Part shown: positions 20,669-30,785 of the stretch, piece by piece
Position numbering within the stretch: position 1 is the stretch's first letter
Layout of the letters: every line of letters begins with the position of its first letter
Origin: a virus
Lineage: Duplodnaviria > Heunggongvirae > Uroviricota > Caudoviricetes
IMG/VR virus record: IMGVR_UViG_2524023210_000007
Coordinates: 80,429-132,315 of that record
DNA length: 51,887 nt
Strand: one strand, 5' to 3'
The notes under the pieces: generated by a model
What the model saw: the letters and a program-made list of their open reading frames with translations, nothing else
What the model was told of the DNA's origin: nothing
Database searches by the model: none
Translations under genes and position numbers: made by a program

Positions 20669-20716
20669 CGACTACCGGCGATCTTAGCGTAGCCGTGTGG
20701 ACCAGATGAAAACGGA

Positions 20717-21889
20717 CTATCGGCCGCGACTTTCCTGCGCAACAGCGGCTTCGGGATGGGGCGTTTTTTCGGGGCTCCTAGCTCTTTCGCTGATCTTGAG
20801 CACGAAGCGTCGCGCGGGTCGTTCAAAAAGCCAGAATGATATCGTTGCTGTGGTGATAACCAGGGCTAGAAAGACCGCGATTTCCAATGGCGTCTTCGGG
20901 CTCATGACCATCAGAAACGGCCAATGCCAGAGATAAACTCCGTAGGAAATATTCCCGGAGAACGCCGCAGCCTCGGCTGCAATCCCTGTTAACGAGGCAT
21001 GCGCGAGAGATGCCACGGCAACCGCGAACAGAATGTAGTAGGGGATGTCGCCGGTGGGATGATGCTCCAGAGGAAAGATCGGGAACACCGAAAGCAGGAA
21101 CGCGATCGTCGCGGCTGTCCATCCGATTTTAGGAGGGATCTGCAGTTGAAGACGATAGAGCGTCCAACCGAGCAGAAACATGCCGAGGCAAACGCCATAT
21201 CGCGGCGCGAATTGAACTAGAAAGCCATCTTTCAACTCGCAAAGCGCAAAGATGAGGACCGCTGTGCCGATGCTGATCGTGCGAAGGATGGTGTTCCGTG
21301 AGCTGAGCGCGATGAAGAGAAAGCCACACCAGAATTCAGCGCCAATGCTCCAGGACGGTGCGTTGAAGGACCACTCGCCCGTAAAGAGGGACTGGGTAAG
21401 CGTGATCGTCTCGAACATGGCTGGCTTGAAAATCCAGCTTGAATTTGCGGCACCTAAATAGATCAGCGATCCGAAAGTCACGGCCCAAGTTAGCGCGTGC
21501 AGCGGATATAGTCTCGCAAACCTGGCAATGATGAAACCGCCAAAAGACATTCTCCCTGTCTCTATGGCCTCGCCGTAGGCGTGCGAAAGAACATAGCCTG
21601 AGAGAACAAAGAAGAATGCCACGCACATTGAGTAGGCGGGGCCGTAGTAATCCGGGATGACCGCGGATGTATGGCCGATTGCTACAATGATAGCGGCAAT
21701 GCCGCGTAGAAGGTCGAGCGCTAGAAAGGCGAGGCCTCCGAAAGGTGCTTGTTTTTTCTGACATTCCCGCCCCCGAGATGTGGCGGCGATACCATCTTGC
21801 GCCAACCAGGGCAACATGTTTGCGGCAGGAAGCTTTGAGTCGGCCCCTTGTGCCGGAAGTTGGCTGAACAAGCCGAATTCAACGGCCAC
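20717..21889 (-). CDS. Acyltransferase family 3 (O-acetyltransferase-like); start uncertain
   Basis: ALDLLRGIAA, FFFVLSGY, WSIGAEF, GNISYGVYLWH, FERPAR motifs; multi-TM. Confidence 0.85.
   Translation of the reverse strand: MAVEFGLFSQLPAQGADSKLPAANMLPWLAQDGIAATSRGRECQKKQAPFGGLAFLALDLLRGIAAIIVAIGHTSAVIPDYYGPAYSMCVAFFFVLSGYVLSHAYGEAIETGRMSFGGFIIARFARLYPLHALTWAVTFGSLIYLGAANSSWIFKPAMFETITLTQSLFTGEWSFNAPSWSIGAEFWCGFLFIALSSRNTILRTISIGTAVLIFALCELKDGFLVQFAPRYGVCLGMFLLGWTLYRLQLQIPPKIGWTAATIAFLLSVFPIFPLEHHPTGDIPYYILFAVAVASLAHASLTGIAAEAAAFSGNISYGVYLWHWPFLMVMSPKTPLEIAVFLALVITTATISFWLFERPARRFVLKISERARSPEKTPHPEAAVAQESRGR
21819..21883 (+). pseudogene. Relic copy of tail-fibre C-terminal segment
   Basis: 53/65 nt identical to 20480-20544 by manual count; same frame FAAGSFESAPCAGSWLNKPNST. 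Confidence 0.7.
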
Positions 21890-22731
21890 GCGGAAGTACT
21901 GGGTGTGGCTACGCAGCGTCGACGGAGCTAGCGCTTGCCGCGTTTCACCGACACATCAATGCGGACTATCAAATACAAAGCAATCGCAGCCATGCCAGCG
22001 ATTCCGAGTGAGGCATAGACCGCATTCAAATGAACATCTCCGGCTTGAACGGTAGTGGGTGACTAGGATCTGGCATCCACGACCAGTCCTGAGCAGCATT
22101 ACGTCCTCTGATTTTCCAGAGAATCCTCCGTAACCGACGCAATAGTCTCATCTTCGGCTCAGCTCCCCAGATTTTCCAGATTCGAGAACGTCTGATCCTT
22201 TGAGGTTGTCTCCGGACGCCAACCACAATCGGGGCGCAATCACCCCGAGAGGCGGCCGCGTTATCACATCGAAGCGCAACAAAGGCAACCCCGTACCGGC
22301 TAGTACACGCAAATCTGAGCGGCACTGCACAGTGCGCCGGCCGACGTGATCGCGTCCAGTATCCACCACCAACCGAACAATCCCCATGACCGATTTCAAT
22401 TCCCACTTCCGTGAAATACGGAGCCACGCCTATGACTAAGCTGACCAAGGAGGCGCTGGCGGCTGGCCGGCTGTAATTCAATCCTTTGAGTTCATTTGAT
22501 CGCGCGCCACCAGTCATCCTCGTCCGAATCGGCCTTCTCCCCTGAAGGGGAGTAGATCGCGGAAACGAAGAGCAAAACAAAAATCAAAAGAAAAACGAGC
22601 GGAACCGCCCAGAACATTCCCAGCCCACTTCCTCAGCCGGGGCTGACCTCTATCACCACAACCGATTCGGCAACAACCCCTCCGTAAGGAGCGGCCGCCG
22701 TACAACCGTACCACCAACCGAGAGCAATCCC

Positions 22732-23517
22732 ATGACCGCAGCGACATACGATGCGGCGATGACTCGCGTCTTCGCCGATGAAGGAGGCTATACCAACGAC
22801 CCGGTGGATCCGGGTGGCGCCACGAATTGGGGCATCACCATCAAGGATGCCCGGATGTACTGGAAAGCGGATGCGACGCCGGCGGACGTGAAGGCGATGC
22901 CGAAGGCGGTGGCGGCCGACATCTATCGCAAGCACTACGCCAATCCGATGCGGTACGATGATCTTCCGGCCGGCTTCGATTATTCGGTGCTCGATGCCGC
23001 GATCAACTCCGGCGTCGGCCGCGCGCCGAAATGGGCCGGGCAGGCGCTCGGCATTGCAGCGACATCAATCGGCGCCGTGGTCGGCCCGGCCGCGGCGGCG
23101 AAGGACAAGGTCGCCGTGATCCAGAAATACTGGAGCATCCGCCTGTCGTTTTTGAAGGGCCTGTCGACGTTCTGGCGTTTCGGCAAGGGTTGGACGCGCC
23201 GCTGCACAGGCGGCGAGGCGGCGGCCGTCAAGATGTGGCTCACGATCGGCGAGAAGCTCGCCAGCACCGACGCCAAGGCGCGGCTGGACCAGGAAGCCGG
23301 CAAGGCGAAGGCGCAGAGCAAGAACGCCGCGGCCGGGGCCACGGCGGCCGGATCAGGCCCGACGATCGCGGCGCCGGCGGTCGATCCCGCGCAGTTCACC
23401 TGGGGCGGCAAGGTCGCGCTCGGCATCCTGATCGCCTTCCTGGCGCTGTTCGTCATCTACCTGATCCGCCAGGCCATCATCCACAAGCAGCGCGCGGAAG
23501 CCTACGCCGCGGCCTGA
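22732..23517 (+). CDS. Endolysin, glycoside hydrolase family 108
   Basis: EGGYTNDPVDPGGATNWGIT motif; C-terminal TM helix. Confidence 0.9.
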   Translation: MTAATYDAAMTRVFADEGGYTNDPVDPGGATNWGITIKDARMYWKADATPADVKAMPKAVAADIYRKHYANPMRYDDLPAGFDYSVLDAAINSGVGRAPKWAGQALGIAATSIGAVVGPAAAAKDKVAVIQKYWSIRLSFLKGLSTFWRFGKGWTRRCTGGEAAAVKMWLTIGEKLASTDAKARLDQEAGKAKAQSKNAAAGATAAGSGPTIAAPAVDPAQFTWGGKVALGILIAFLALFVIYLIRQAIIHKQRAEAYAAA

Positions 23518-23560
23518 CGTCGTTTCGCTTTCCCTCAACCTCAAATCGGGAGATCTATCC

Positions 23561-23917
23561 ATGTGGACCGTTCTCGCGGCCAGCCTGGCTGCGCTCGGCA
23601 TCTATCTCGTCCTGCGCCCCACGCTGCATGCGCTGCCGCAACTCAAGGCGGCCTACGCTCGGGCGGATACGTTCTGGGGCAAGGCCTTCGCGCTTGCCCA
23701 CAAATCCGCGACCATCGTTGTGACCTATGTCGGCGCGGCGATCGGCTTCTTGCTCGAGCAACTCGACACCATCGCCCGCGTGGTTGGCGATCCCAGCTTC
23801 CAGGAGCAGGTGTCGAAGGTGCTCGGTGCGGATACTCGCGTGCTCGGCGTCGTGATGATCGGTTTCTCGGCCATCGTGTTCGCCTCGCGCATGCGCTCGA
23901 TCATCAAGGGCGTCTGA
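23561..23917 (+). CDS. Holin-like membrane protein
   Basis: Three hydrophobic segments; follows endolysin. Confidence 0.55.
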   Translation: MWTVLAASLAALGIYLVLRPTLHALPQLKAAYARADTFWGKAFALAHKSATIVVTYVGAAIGFLLEQLDTIARVVGDPSFQEQVSKVLGADTRVLGVVMIGFSAIVFASRMRSIIKGV

Positions 23918-23918
23918 G

Positions 23919-24371
23919 ATGCTGGCGACCATCCTGACATCGATCGCGCCGATGGTGATCGGCAAGCTCGCCGATGCCTTCAAGGCCTATGAGCAGAAAC
24001 AGATTTCGCTTGCCGAGCTGCAGGCGAAGGTTGCGCAGGCGCTGATGGAGTGCTTCAGCGAGGTGATGCGCTCGGAGACCGACGCCCTGGCCAAGACCTT
24101 CGCCAGCTTCGGCCAGGTGATGGCCAACTCGCGCCTGGTGCGTATCGTGTGGGCCATCATCGTGCTCTCGCAGCTCGGCGTATTGGTGTGGCAGCAGCTC
24201 GGCGTTCCCGCGGTGGTCTATCTCTGGGGCGGCGTCTGGCCCTCCGCCGGCGCCACAATCGATTGGGCTTATCTGCTTATCGCCGGCATGTGCGGCCTCG
24301 GCCCCGTGGTGCTCAACGCCGGGCCCGGCAAGGTCAACGTCGACGCCCTGAAGACTCCGATCGGCAAATAG
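23919..24371 (+). CDS. Holin-like membrane protein
   Basis: Coiled N-terminus plus two TM segments. Confidence 0.55.
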   Translation: MLATILTSIAPMVIGKLADAFKAYEQKQISLAELQAKVAQALMECFSEVMRSETDALAKTFASFGQVMANSRLVRIVWAIIVLSQLGVLVWQQLGVPAVVYLWGGVWPSAGATIDWAYLLIAGMCGLGPVVLNAGPGKVNVDALKTPIGK

Positions 24372-24400
24372 AAGCGCGGAAAAGAAAAGGCTCTCGCGGA

Positions 24401-24712
24401 ATGGATACCTCAACGCTGGCCGTAATCATCGCCGGAGGCGCGCTCATGCTCAACTTCGTGGACAAGCTATGGGGCGGCGGCTGGAAGCTTTCCAATCGCA
24501 TCACCAAGCTCGAGACCGGAGTCGACGGCATCCAGTCCGAGATCAAGAAGCTGGTCGAGGCGATCGGCAAGATCGCCGACATGCGTGGTGATATCCGCGT
24601 GCTCGACCAGCGCATTCTAACGGCAGAGCAGGACATCCGCGAGCTGCGGCATGGCGACGGCTTCGTTCGCAACCGGGTGCCTTCCGAGCCTGGCGTCAAT
24701 CGCGAATATTGA
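24401..24712 (+). CDS. Membrane-anchored coiled-coil protein (lysis cassette)
   Basis: N-terminal TM followed by coiled coil. Confidence 0.55.
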   Translation: MDTSTLAVIIAGGALMLNFVDKLWGGGWKLSNRITKLETGVDGIQSEIKKLVEAIGKIADMRGDIRVLDQRILTAEQDIRELRHGDGFVRNRVPSEPGVNREY

Positions 24713-24822
24713 TTAGGCCTCTTGGCCTTTCGTAACTGCCGGCATCCCTAACCCGGTATACCTCAGCCCTCGGGCCCGTTTCTTTCTCGTTGGCGTTCGG
24801 TGAATAGAATGGCGAACGCTCT

Positions 24823-25608
24823 CTATAGATGCTTATCGGTTTGAAGAAACTCGCCCCAGCTTAGCTTACTCATGTGGATTTTCTCGCCAAATGGTAGACT
24901 TTCGAAAGTGCGTGTGACGTTGTCGTGGACCAGCAAATTGTGCTGCGATCCCTGTCGAAAGGTTTGGCTATGCGGCCACCAGTTTGGCGCGTAGCCGCGC
25001 CCATCACGACCAACGACTAGAGCCGTAAGGCCCCTCTCGAGTACCTGTCTCGTAATACTAGCACCACCGCTTTCGACCGAGTACGCATCCCATTTCGTGC
25101 TCAATTGCACATTCGACAGTAGTTCTAGAAACAAGGCTCGGCGGATCATGAATCCGTTGGTGCGGATGTGTGGATTTGGAAAGTCGGGGAACGAAGGCAG
25201 GCTTTCAAACGAGCCTGTCGCACCGACCAGGCCGACGCGGGCAATCTCAAGATTGGCCGAAAGCTTCGCCAGCCATCCATCACAGGCGATTTCACTGTTC
25301 GTGTTGAGAAAGCAGACGCGCTCTTGGTGGATCTGGCGCGCGGCCTCTATGTAGGCACCAATGTCAAAACTATCATCGTCGGTGAAGACCGGATCGTAGT
25401 TTAGTGAACGGAAGATTCTTTGCCCTTCCGACAAATCAGTCTGGCCTTCAAATCCCTTGAAGATGATAACTAAACGATGATCCACCCCAGCATCATATCG
25501 ACTGTAAGACTGCAAGAACTTTCTAAATCTAGACAAATGGTCGACGTCGGCTCCCCGCGCAAGATAGACTAGGGCAAGCGGCTGGCTCGGTGCTGCTCCG
25601 GTTGTCAT
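24823..25608 (-). CDS. Glycosyltransferase-like protein
   Basis: FDIGAY...VCFLNT motifs, GT-A-like; likely start MTTG at 25608. Confidence 0.6.
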   Translation of the reverse strand: MTTGAAPSQPLALVYLARGADVDHLSRFRKFLQSYSRYDAGVDHRLVIIFKGFEGQTDLSEGQRIFRSLNYDPVFTDDDSFDIGAYIEAARQIHQERVCFLNTNSEIACDGWLAKLSANLEIARVGLVGATGSFESLPSFPDFPNPHIRTNGFMIRRALFLELLSNVQLSTKWDAYSVESGGASITRQVLERGLTALVVGRDGRGYAPNWWPHSQTFRQGSQHNLLVHDNVTRTFESLPFGEKIHMSKLSWGEFLQTDKHL

Positions 25609-25610
25609 GA

Positions 25611-28610
25611 TCAGATCAGCCTCGCATTGTGCTGCACAACAAATTTTGGCGGCGCAACCGCCAAATTTGTTTCGTTGTAAAAGGGATCGACAGCGAAAGT
25701 CGCCCATCGCCTATGAAAGTAGCGGAGCTCTGAGAGATCGAGGCGAGGTTCTCTGGACTTCGACTCGAAGTGGATTAGTTCGGCCTTCGGTGCGTAGACA
25801 ATCGTATGGCCCCGCTCAGATACTTTCAGACAATAGTCCACGTCGTTGAAACTTATAGCTAGGGACTCCGTGTAGCCGCCAACCTGCTGGAAAAGTGCAG
25901 CCCTTGTCATCATCACGGCTCCAGTGACTGCGCAATAGTTGCGCGTGCCGCAAGTGCTGAAGAAGTAGCCCTGATCGTCACGTTTTGAGAAACGTCGCAC
26001 ATGGTCTGGATTGCCCGCGTTCACGGCAACTCCAGCGTGCTGCAGAGTGAGATCTGGATAAAGCAATTTTGCTCCCACAACGCCGACGTGTGGCTTCTCG
26101 AAGTGTTCCAGCAGGCGTTCGATCCAGTTTGGCGTAAGTGGCTCGATATCGTCATTCATAAGCAAGAGGATCGGTCCTGAAGCAATTGATGCACCGATGT
26201 TTAGCTTCTTAGCCACATTGAATTCTGGCTCGGTGAACGTCGCGAACTTCTTGACGCAATCAAGGTGGGCTAGGCGAGCGCGATCAAAGTCGCCATTGTC
26301 GATGATGATGAATTCGAGGTTCTTGTAGGTGGAATGGGTTTGAATCTGCTCAATGCAATTGACGATGAGATCGAGTTCTCGGCCATTATGGGCGACGACT
26401 TTTCCAGCGGTCGGGATCACGACTGACACAAGTGGTTCTTGTTTAAGTGACACCTGAACATCGTAGCATCCATGATCCGCAACATTCTGCGAGACCACAC
26501 CATGACGCTCCGTTCGCTGTAGCCGGCCCTCAAGAGCTTGAATGTCCTGAGCGCTCTGTTCAGCCGAAATAGGGCTCAAAGGACCGTGCGCACGATGTAA
26601 CAGCAGTTCGCGGACATGACGGATGTTTCCGGTCCGTTCAACGAAGCGCAGAGTGAAATCATATAGGCTGCTGGAGGCTGAGAGCGCCTCAATTGCCGTC
26701 GAAACACGAAAACAGGCAGCCGATCCAATGTAGTTCATTGCCTCCAGGTAGTCTGGACTCCAGCCAGGTTTATAAAAGGGCCTTTTACGTCCCTCACGAT
26801 GCCATTCATCCTCGTCGAAGTATACCAAATCCGCCTGAGGGTCAGCGTTCAAGGCCGATGCATAAGCGTAAAGCGCCTTCTCGTTGAGACGATCTCCTGC
26901 AGTGATCCAAACAAGATAAAGATTGTCAGTTGCGTCCATCTGACAAACTTCATCTAAAGTGTTCACGATCTGCCACTGGGGATAGAGTTGCAATCGGCAG
27001 CTTTCGATAGTGGCGGCACGATCTGCTGGGTTCCCTCCGTCGATGACGATGACGAAGCTCGGCCGATAGATCATCACATCAATGTGCTGCAGCAGTTCGG
27101 GCCTTTGTAGAACGTCATGAAGTCGTTCTTGATTTGTGTGCGCGCGATAGGGGTCGGGTGACGGTGAAAAGCCGAGAGTCTTCCCCTCCCGCAGATAGTG
27201 AGCCAGTGGATTTATCTTGGCTTCGGCGACATGCGGGTTCTGAGCATTGTACCAGCTGGTTGAGAAGTTGGGGTGCGGATCTCGCCCCTCCATGGCGCCC
27301 GAGGAAACATAATGCGCAAGCGGGTTAAGGCCGGCCATAACGACGTCGAAGTTTTCGCGCAGGTACCACTTTGTATCGAAGCGAGAATTCGGGTTGCGAC
27401 CTTCCCGTGCGCCATACAAGACATAGTGTTCTAGGGGGTCTATCTTTGCTGCGGCAACATCCGGATAGTTCCGCAAATACCACTGCCGATCGAAGACACC
27501 TGCATCTTCAATGGTGGATCGCGCCCAACTTTCTTGATCGGTTCCAAGTTGCGTAGCCTTTCTGCGAAGAACGGTTCGGGCGACGCGTCTAGCAAGCCGC
27601 GCTCCGAAACGAAGGGGGCGGACATATCGCCAGATTGCGGACGCTTGAATATTCTTTAGATCATCTTCTAAGCGCTTGATGTGCGCCAAGTCTCGCTCGC
27701 GCGCCGAGCTACTTTCAGCGAGCTTTAAATTCAGCTGCTGCTTTTCGGCTTCGATGCGCGAAATTTCACGCGCATTGGTGTTCGAGCGCGCGTCAATCTC
27801 GTCGTTAATCCTACCAAGAATAGAAGATTCGATATACCGTTTCTGTTCATCAGCAAGCATCAAAGCTCCCACCTGGGATGTGGGTTGCGCCATGATTCCG
27901 ATAACCGGATCAACGACGTCAGAAGTGATGCCTCCAAGCATGCGACGGTAGGGCGAATTCTTCTCTTTCAAAAGCTTTTCGATCACAATGACCGAATCGT
28001 AAAAGGTGATGCCGGCAAGGTAGCGGTTGAACTGCAGAAGCTCGGGAACTTCGGCACCACCGACGTTTTGGAAGTGATCGGCATTGAGAGCATCTACCAA
28101 GTTCTTGAAGAACTCCATTGCAGACGTGCCAAACCGATACCCACCACCGTGGGATCCCCAGTAGCTCGCATGCAAATCTTCAATGATATATTTGCCGCCC
28201 GGCGCTAGCCTGTCGAACAGCAGTTTAAATGTCGTGATGATGTCGTTCGAAATATGAGACCCGTCATCCACGACTATATCGAATTGTCTGTCGCCAAGTG
28301 CGTCCGCCAGCTTGGAGTTGTCGGTGGCATCTACAACGAATGCTGATATCGCGCCTTCGAAAGTGAGGTTTCCCACTTTTGGATCAATATCAATCCCGAT
28401 GATCTCAGACCCCTCTGGTAGGTATTTCCCCCAGAGCTCAAGGGAGCCGCCGTTCTGAACCCCGATCTCAAGCAGGCGAACGGGTCTCTTTGACTCTAGA
28501 TAAGGCGCGAACTCGCGCGAATAGATCGAAAGATATTGCTCCCATTTGTCGACTGTTTTGCCAGTATGGCCAAAGAAGAGTTCAACTAGTCGTTTATAAT
28601 TTTCTGGCAT
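25611..28610 (-). CDS. Methyltransferase / FDxxWYL-repeat / GT2 glycosyltransferase fusion
   Basis: LLEIGVQNGGS and DIVVDDGSH (MTase); repeated FDRQWYLRNYPDV-type units; VSVVIPT, LMNDD, VTGAVMM, FNDVDYCL (GT2). Confidence 0.85.
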   Translation of the reverse strand: MPENYKRLVELFFGHTGKTVDKWEQYLSIYSREFAPYLESKRPVRLLEIGVQNGGSLELWGKYLPEGSEIIGIDIDPKVGNLTFEGAISAFVVDATDNSKLADALGDRQFDIVVDDGSHISNDIITTFKLLFDRLAPGGKYIIEDLHASYWGSHGGGYRFGTSAMEFFKNLVDALNADHFQNVGGAEVPELLQFNRYLAGITFYDSVIVIEKLLKEKNSPYRRMLGGITSDVVDPVIGIMAQPTSQVGALMLADEQKRYIESSILGRINDEIDARSNTNAREISRIEAEKQQLNLKLAESSSARERDLAHIKRLEDDLKNIQASAIWRYVRPLRFGARLARRVARTVLRRKATQLGTDQESWARSTIEDAGVFDRQWYLRNYPDVAAAKIDPLEHYVLYGAREGRNPNSRFDTKWYLRENFDVVMAGLNPLAHYVSSGAMEGRDPHPNFSTSWYNAQNPHVAEAKINPLAHYLREGKTLGFSPSPDPYRAHTNQERLHDVLQRPELLQHIDVMIYRPSFVIVIDGGNPADRAATIESCRLQLYPQWQIVNTLDEVCQMDATDNLYLVWITAGDRLNEKALYAYASALNADPQADLVYFDEDEWHREGRKRPFYKPGWSPDYLEAMNYIGSAACFRVSTAIEALSASSSLYDFTLRFVERTGNIRHVRELLLHRAHGPLSPISAEQSAQDIQALEGRLQRTERHGVVSQNVADHGCYDVQVSLKQEPLVSVVIPTAGKVVAHNGRELDLIVNCIEQIQTHSTYKNLEFIIIDNGDFDRARLAHLDCVKKFATFTEPEFNVAKKLNIGASIASGPILLLMNDDIEPLTPNWIERLLEHFEKPHVGVVGAKLLYPDLTLQHAGVAVNAGNPDHVRRFSKRDDQGYFFSTCGTRNYCAVTGAVMMTRAALFQQVGGYTESLAISFNDVDYCLKVSERGHTIVYAPKAELIHFESKSREPRLDLSELRYFHRRWATFAVDPFYNETNLAVAPPKFVVQHNARLI

Positions 28611-28905
28611 CTGGGGTCACCGCGGTAGGGATGCACGTCCCACGTCGCACAACCGGGCCAAGGGCGCAACCCTGGCTTCTTTGAAAGGATCTCTGTGGGG
28701 ACACGGCGCTGGTTTTATAGCGATTCCTGGTTTAAATCATCGCCATACTGCGCCGATGGACAGCGTAGAGGGCAGGATGGCGGGGATATCCCCGGGCACC
28801 TTCGTTGAGGCTTAGGCGCTCTTCTTGAAGATCAGTCGTGGCGGTTTGCCCCGGAAATCAACCGTGGTTCAATTTCCAGTTAACCGATTGTCTCTGTTGA
28901 CCTTT

Positions 28906-29109
28906 TTAGGAGCGCTCGCCGTCGGCTTTGCGTACGCTGGCGTGAAAGCCCTCCGGTAACTCCGGCTCGTTGTCCTCGTCGCTGTGGTTGCAAAACGGGC
29001 AGGGCATGCCGGCGCCGCCGCAATTGCAGGCGTGATCGCCGAGCCATGGTTTGCCGGGATGGTTCTCGCAAACCCACCGGCAATTGCCGCAGCGGGCGCA
29101 CCATTTCAT
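28906..29109 (-). CDS. Small Cys-rich (zinc-binding) protein
   Basis: CARC, CENH, CNC, CPFC. Confidence 0.6.
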   Translation of the reverse strand: MKWCARCGNCRWVCENHPGKPWLGDHACNCGGAGMPCPFCNHSDEDNEPELPEGFHASVRKADGERS

Positions 29110-29423
29110 CTAACGCCCTCCGGCCACAGGCGCCCTTGAGAGATGATCTTGTGCACCTTGGCCTTCTTCCGCCTGGCTGTCGGCGGGATAACGTCGCGGG
29201 GTGTGCCGTCGTTCATTGCCTTCAATACCGCGATGCGCGCGAACATCCGGAAGGTGCGCTCCTCTGCGGCCTCGATCAACATCTCGATTGCGAGCTGCCA
29301 CTCCGGCTGGCCGGAGATATCCGCCGGCAGCCGCTGGATGTAGCTCGCCGCATCCTGCAGCGTGATGAGTGGCTCGCCTTCCGGCAGCGCGATCGGCTGC
29401 TCGAATGGCGTCTGCCAGCTCAA
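29106..29423 (-). CDS. Hypothetical protein
   Basis: TTG start overlaps upstream stop; coupled chain. Confidence 0.55.
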   Translation of the reverse strand: MSWQTPFEQPIALPEGEPLITLQDAASYIQRLPADISGQPEWQLAIEMLIEAAEERTFRMFARIAVLKAMNDGTPRDVIPPTARRKKAKVHKIISQGRLWPEGVR

Positions 29424-29686
29424 GCGAACAGCTCGGCGCCTTGCGGCGTGATCTTCACGTAGGTGCCGCTCTCGTGCATCCACAGCCAGCCGCGCTCGAT
29501 CGCGAACTTGAGACAGGCGCCGTACTCGGCGGGCTTGGCCCTGTCCTGGAACAGAAACGGGTAATTGATCTTCTCGATATGGATGCGGCCGTCCTGGACG
29601 GGCTCGATGGCGCGCGCGAGCTCCATCAGGCGCCGGGCGGCTACTTCGGGGTCGTCGTATCGCGGTCTATCTTCGACATATTTCAT
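29420..29686 (-). CDS. Hypothetical protein (possible winged helix)
   Basis: 88 aa, coupled; C-terminal GTYVKIT..G. Confidence 0.6.
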   Translation of the reverse strand: MKYVEDRPRYDDPEVAARRLMELARAIEPVQDGRIHIEKINYPFLFQDRAKPAEYGACLKFAIERGWLWMHESGTYVKITPQGAELFA

Positions 29687-30345
29687 GCGGCTAGCTTATC
29701 TTCCTTGTCGGGCCCGCGCATAACGATTTGCAGCGCATCGTCGGGCAGCGGCCGCTGCAGCGATTTGGCCTCATCCCATGGCGCGCGCAGCCAGACGTCG
29801 CGCTCCTCGTCGGTCGTCAGGATCACGGGCATCGCCTTCGGATGGATCGGCGCGACGATCGTGTTCGGCTGGGTGGTGAGGAAGCCGTAGACCAAGTGAG
29901 GGCCGGGGATCGGTTTCGACTTGGTGCCGCGGTCGCCCTTGAACTCGGTCCAGATCCCCGCGAAGGCGGTGAGCGGCCGATCGTCGTTCATTGCGAACCA
30001 GACCACGTCCTTTTTCTTCGTCGCGGGGTTCGGCTCCGGCGCGTACTCGGCGAAGCTGTTGAAAGGGACCAGGCAGCGGTTCTCCGGCTTCAGCCAGCCG
30101 CGCCAGTGCGGGGAAGCCGTATTGCGGATATTGGTCACCGGCGGACCGCCGTTGCGCGGTGGCGGCGGCATGCCCCAGCGCATCAGCACCAGCTCACGGC
30201 CATCGCCGGCGTTCCGGACCACGGGCGCCGGATAGTCGGGGAAGACACCCGGCATTGGCTGCAGGTTGCCGACATAGCGATTCATGACCCGAAACAGTGC
30301 GCGGATCGCTTCCTGGTTCGTGGTGATGGAATACAAATTGCACAT
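29683..30345 (-). CDS. SOS response-associated peptidase (SRAP/YedK/HMCES family)
   Basis: Cys2 (MCNLY), [26 protein letters not shown]. Confidence 0.9.
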   Translation of the reverse strand: MCNLYSITTNQEAIRALFRVMNRYVGNLQPMPGVFPDYPAPVVRNAGDGRELVLMRWGMPPPPRNGGPPVTNIRNTASPHWRGWLKPENRCLVPFNSFAEYAPEPNPATKKKDVVWFAMNDDRPLTAFAGIWTEFKGDRGTKSKPIPGPHLVYGFLTTQPNTIVAPIHPKAMPVILTTDEERDVWLRAPWDEAKSLQRPLPDDALQIVMRGPDKEDKLAA

Positions 30346-30785
30346 CAGTCGGCCCCGAATGGGTGAGCGGCGAGCACATGCCTATCCGTGCCGGCGATGT
30401 CGATGGTCACCCCGCAGAAGCAGCCTGAGACACCCGACGTCGTCTGCGTCGGCAGTTTCGCCCCGGCTTCCCACATAGCGTATTTCCAGGTGGTGATGGC
30501 CTGCTCGTTCCGCCACGCTTGAAAATCGGCTTCCGTGCGGCTGTCGCGCAGGATCTCCCATGCGGCCTCGAATGCGGTGCGGGCGACTTGGAAGGTATCG
30601 GCGCTCCCGCTTCGATGATCACCGGGCTCGGTACCGGGATAGAATCCGCACTTCCAGTCCCATTTTGCCTCGTCGCGGGGCCCACCGGTGCGGGCGGCGA
30701 TCGTGCCAACCAGCACGTCACCGTAGTAGATGAGCCAGCATTCCTCGGGGCGGGTGTCGTCGCGGCGCCGGCGCAACTCGGTCAT
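30345..30785 (-). CDS. Hypothetical protein
   Basis: 146 aa, coupled to SRAP; CxC C-terminus. Confidence 0.6.
   Translation of the reverse strand: MTELRRRRDDTRPEECWLIYYGDVLVGTIAARTGGPRDEAKWDWKCGFYPGTEPGDHRSGSADTFQVARTAFEAAWEILRDSRTEADFQAWRNEQAITTWKYAMWEAGAKLPTQTTSGVSGCFCGVTIDIAGTDRHVLAAHPFGAD

Noticed and set aside
20480-21883. DGR template/variable repeat pair at the tail-fibre tip
   Set aside because: Mismatches are not adenine-specific (several C/T and third-position changes) and no reverse transcriptase is in the window
22026-22580. 184-aa minus-strand ORF
   Set aside because: No motif or RBS; the region looks like degenerate intergenic sequence
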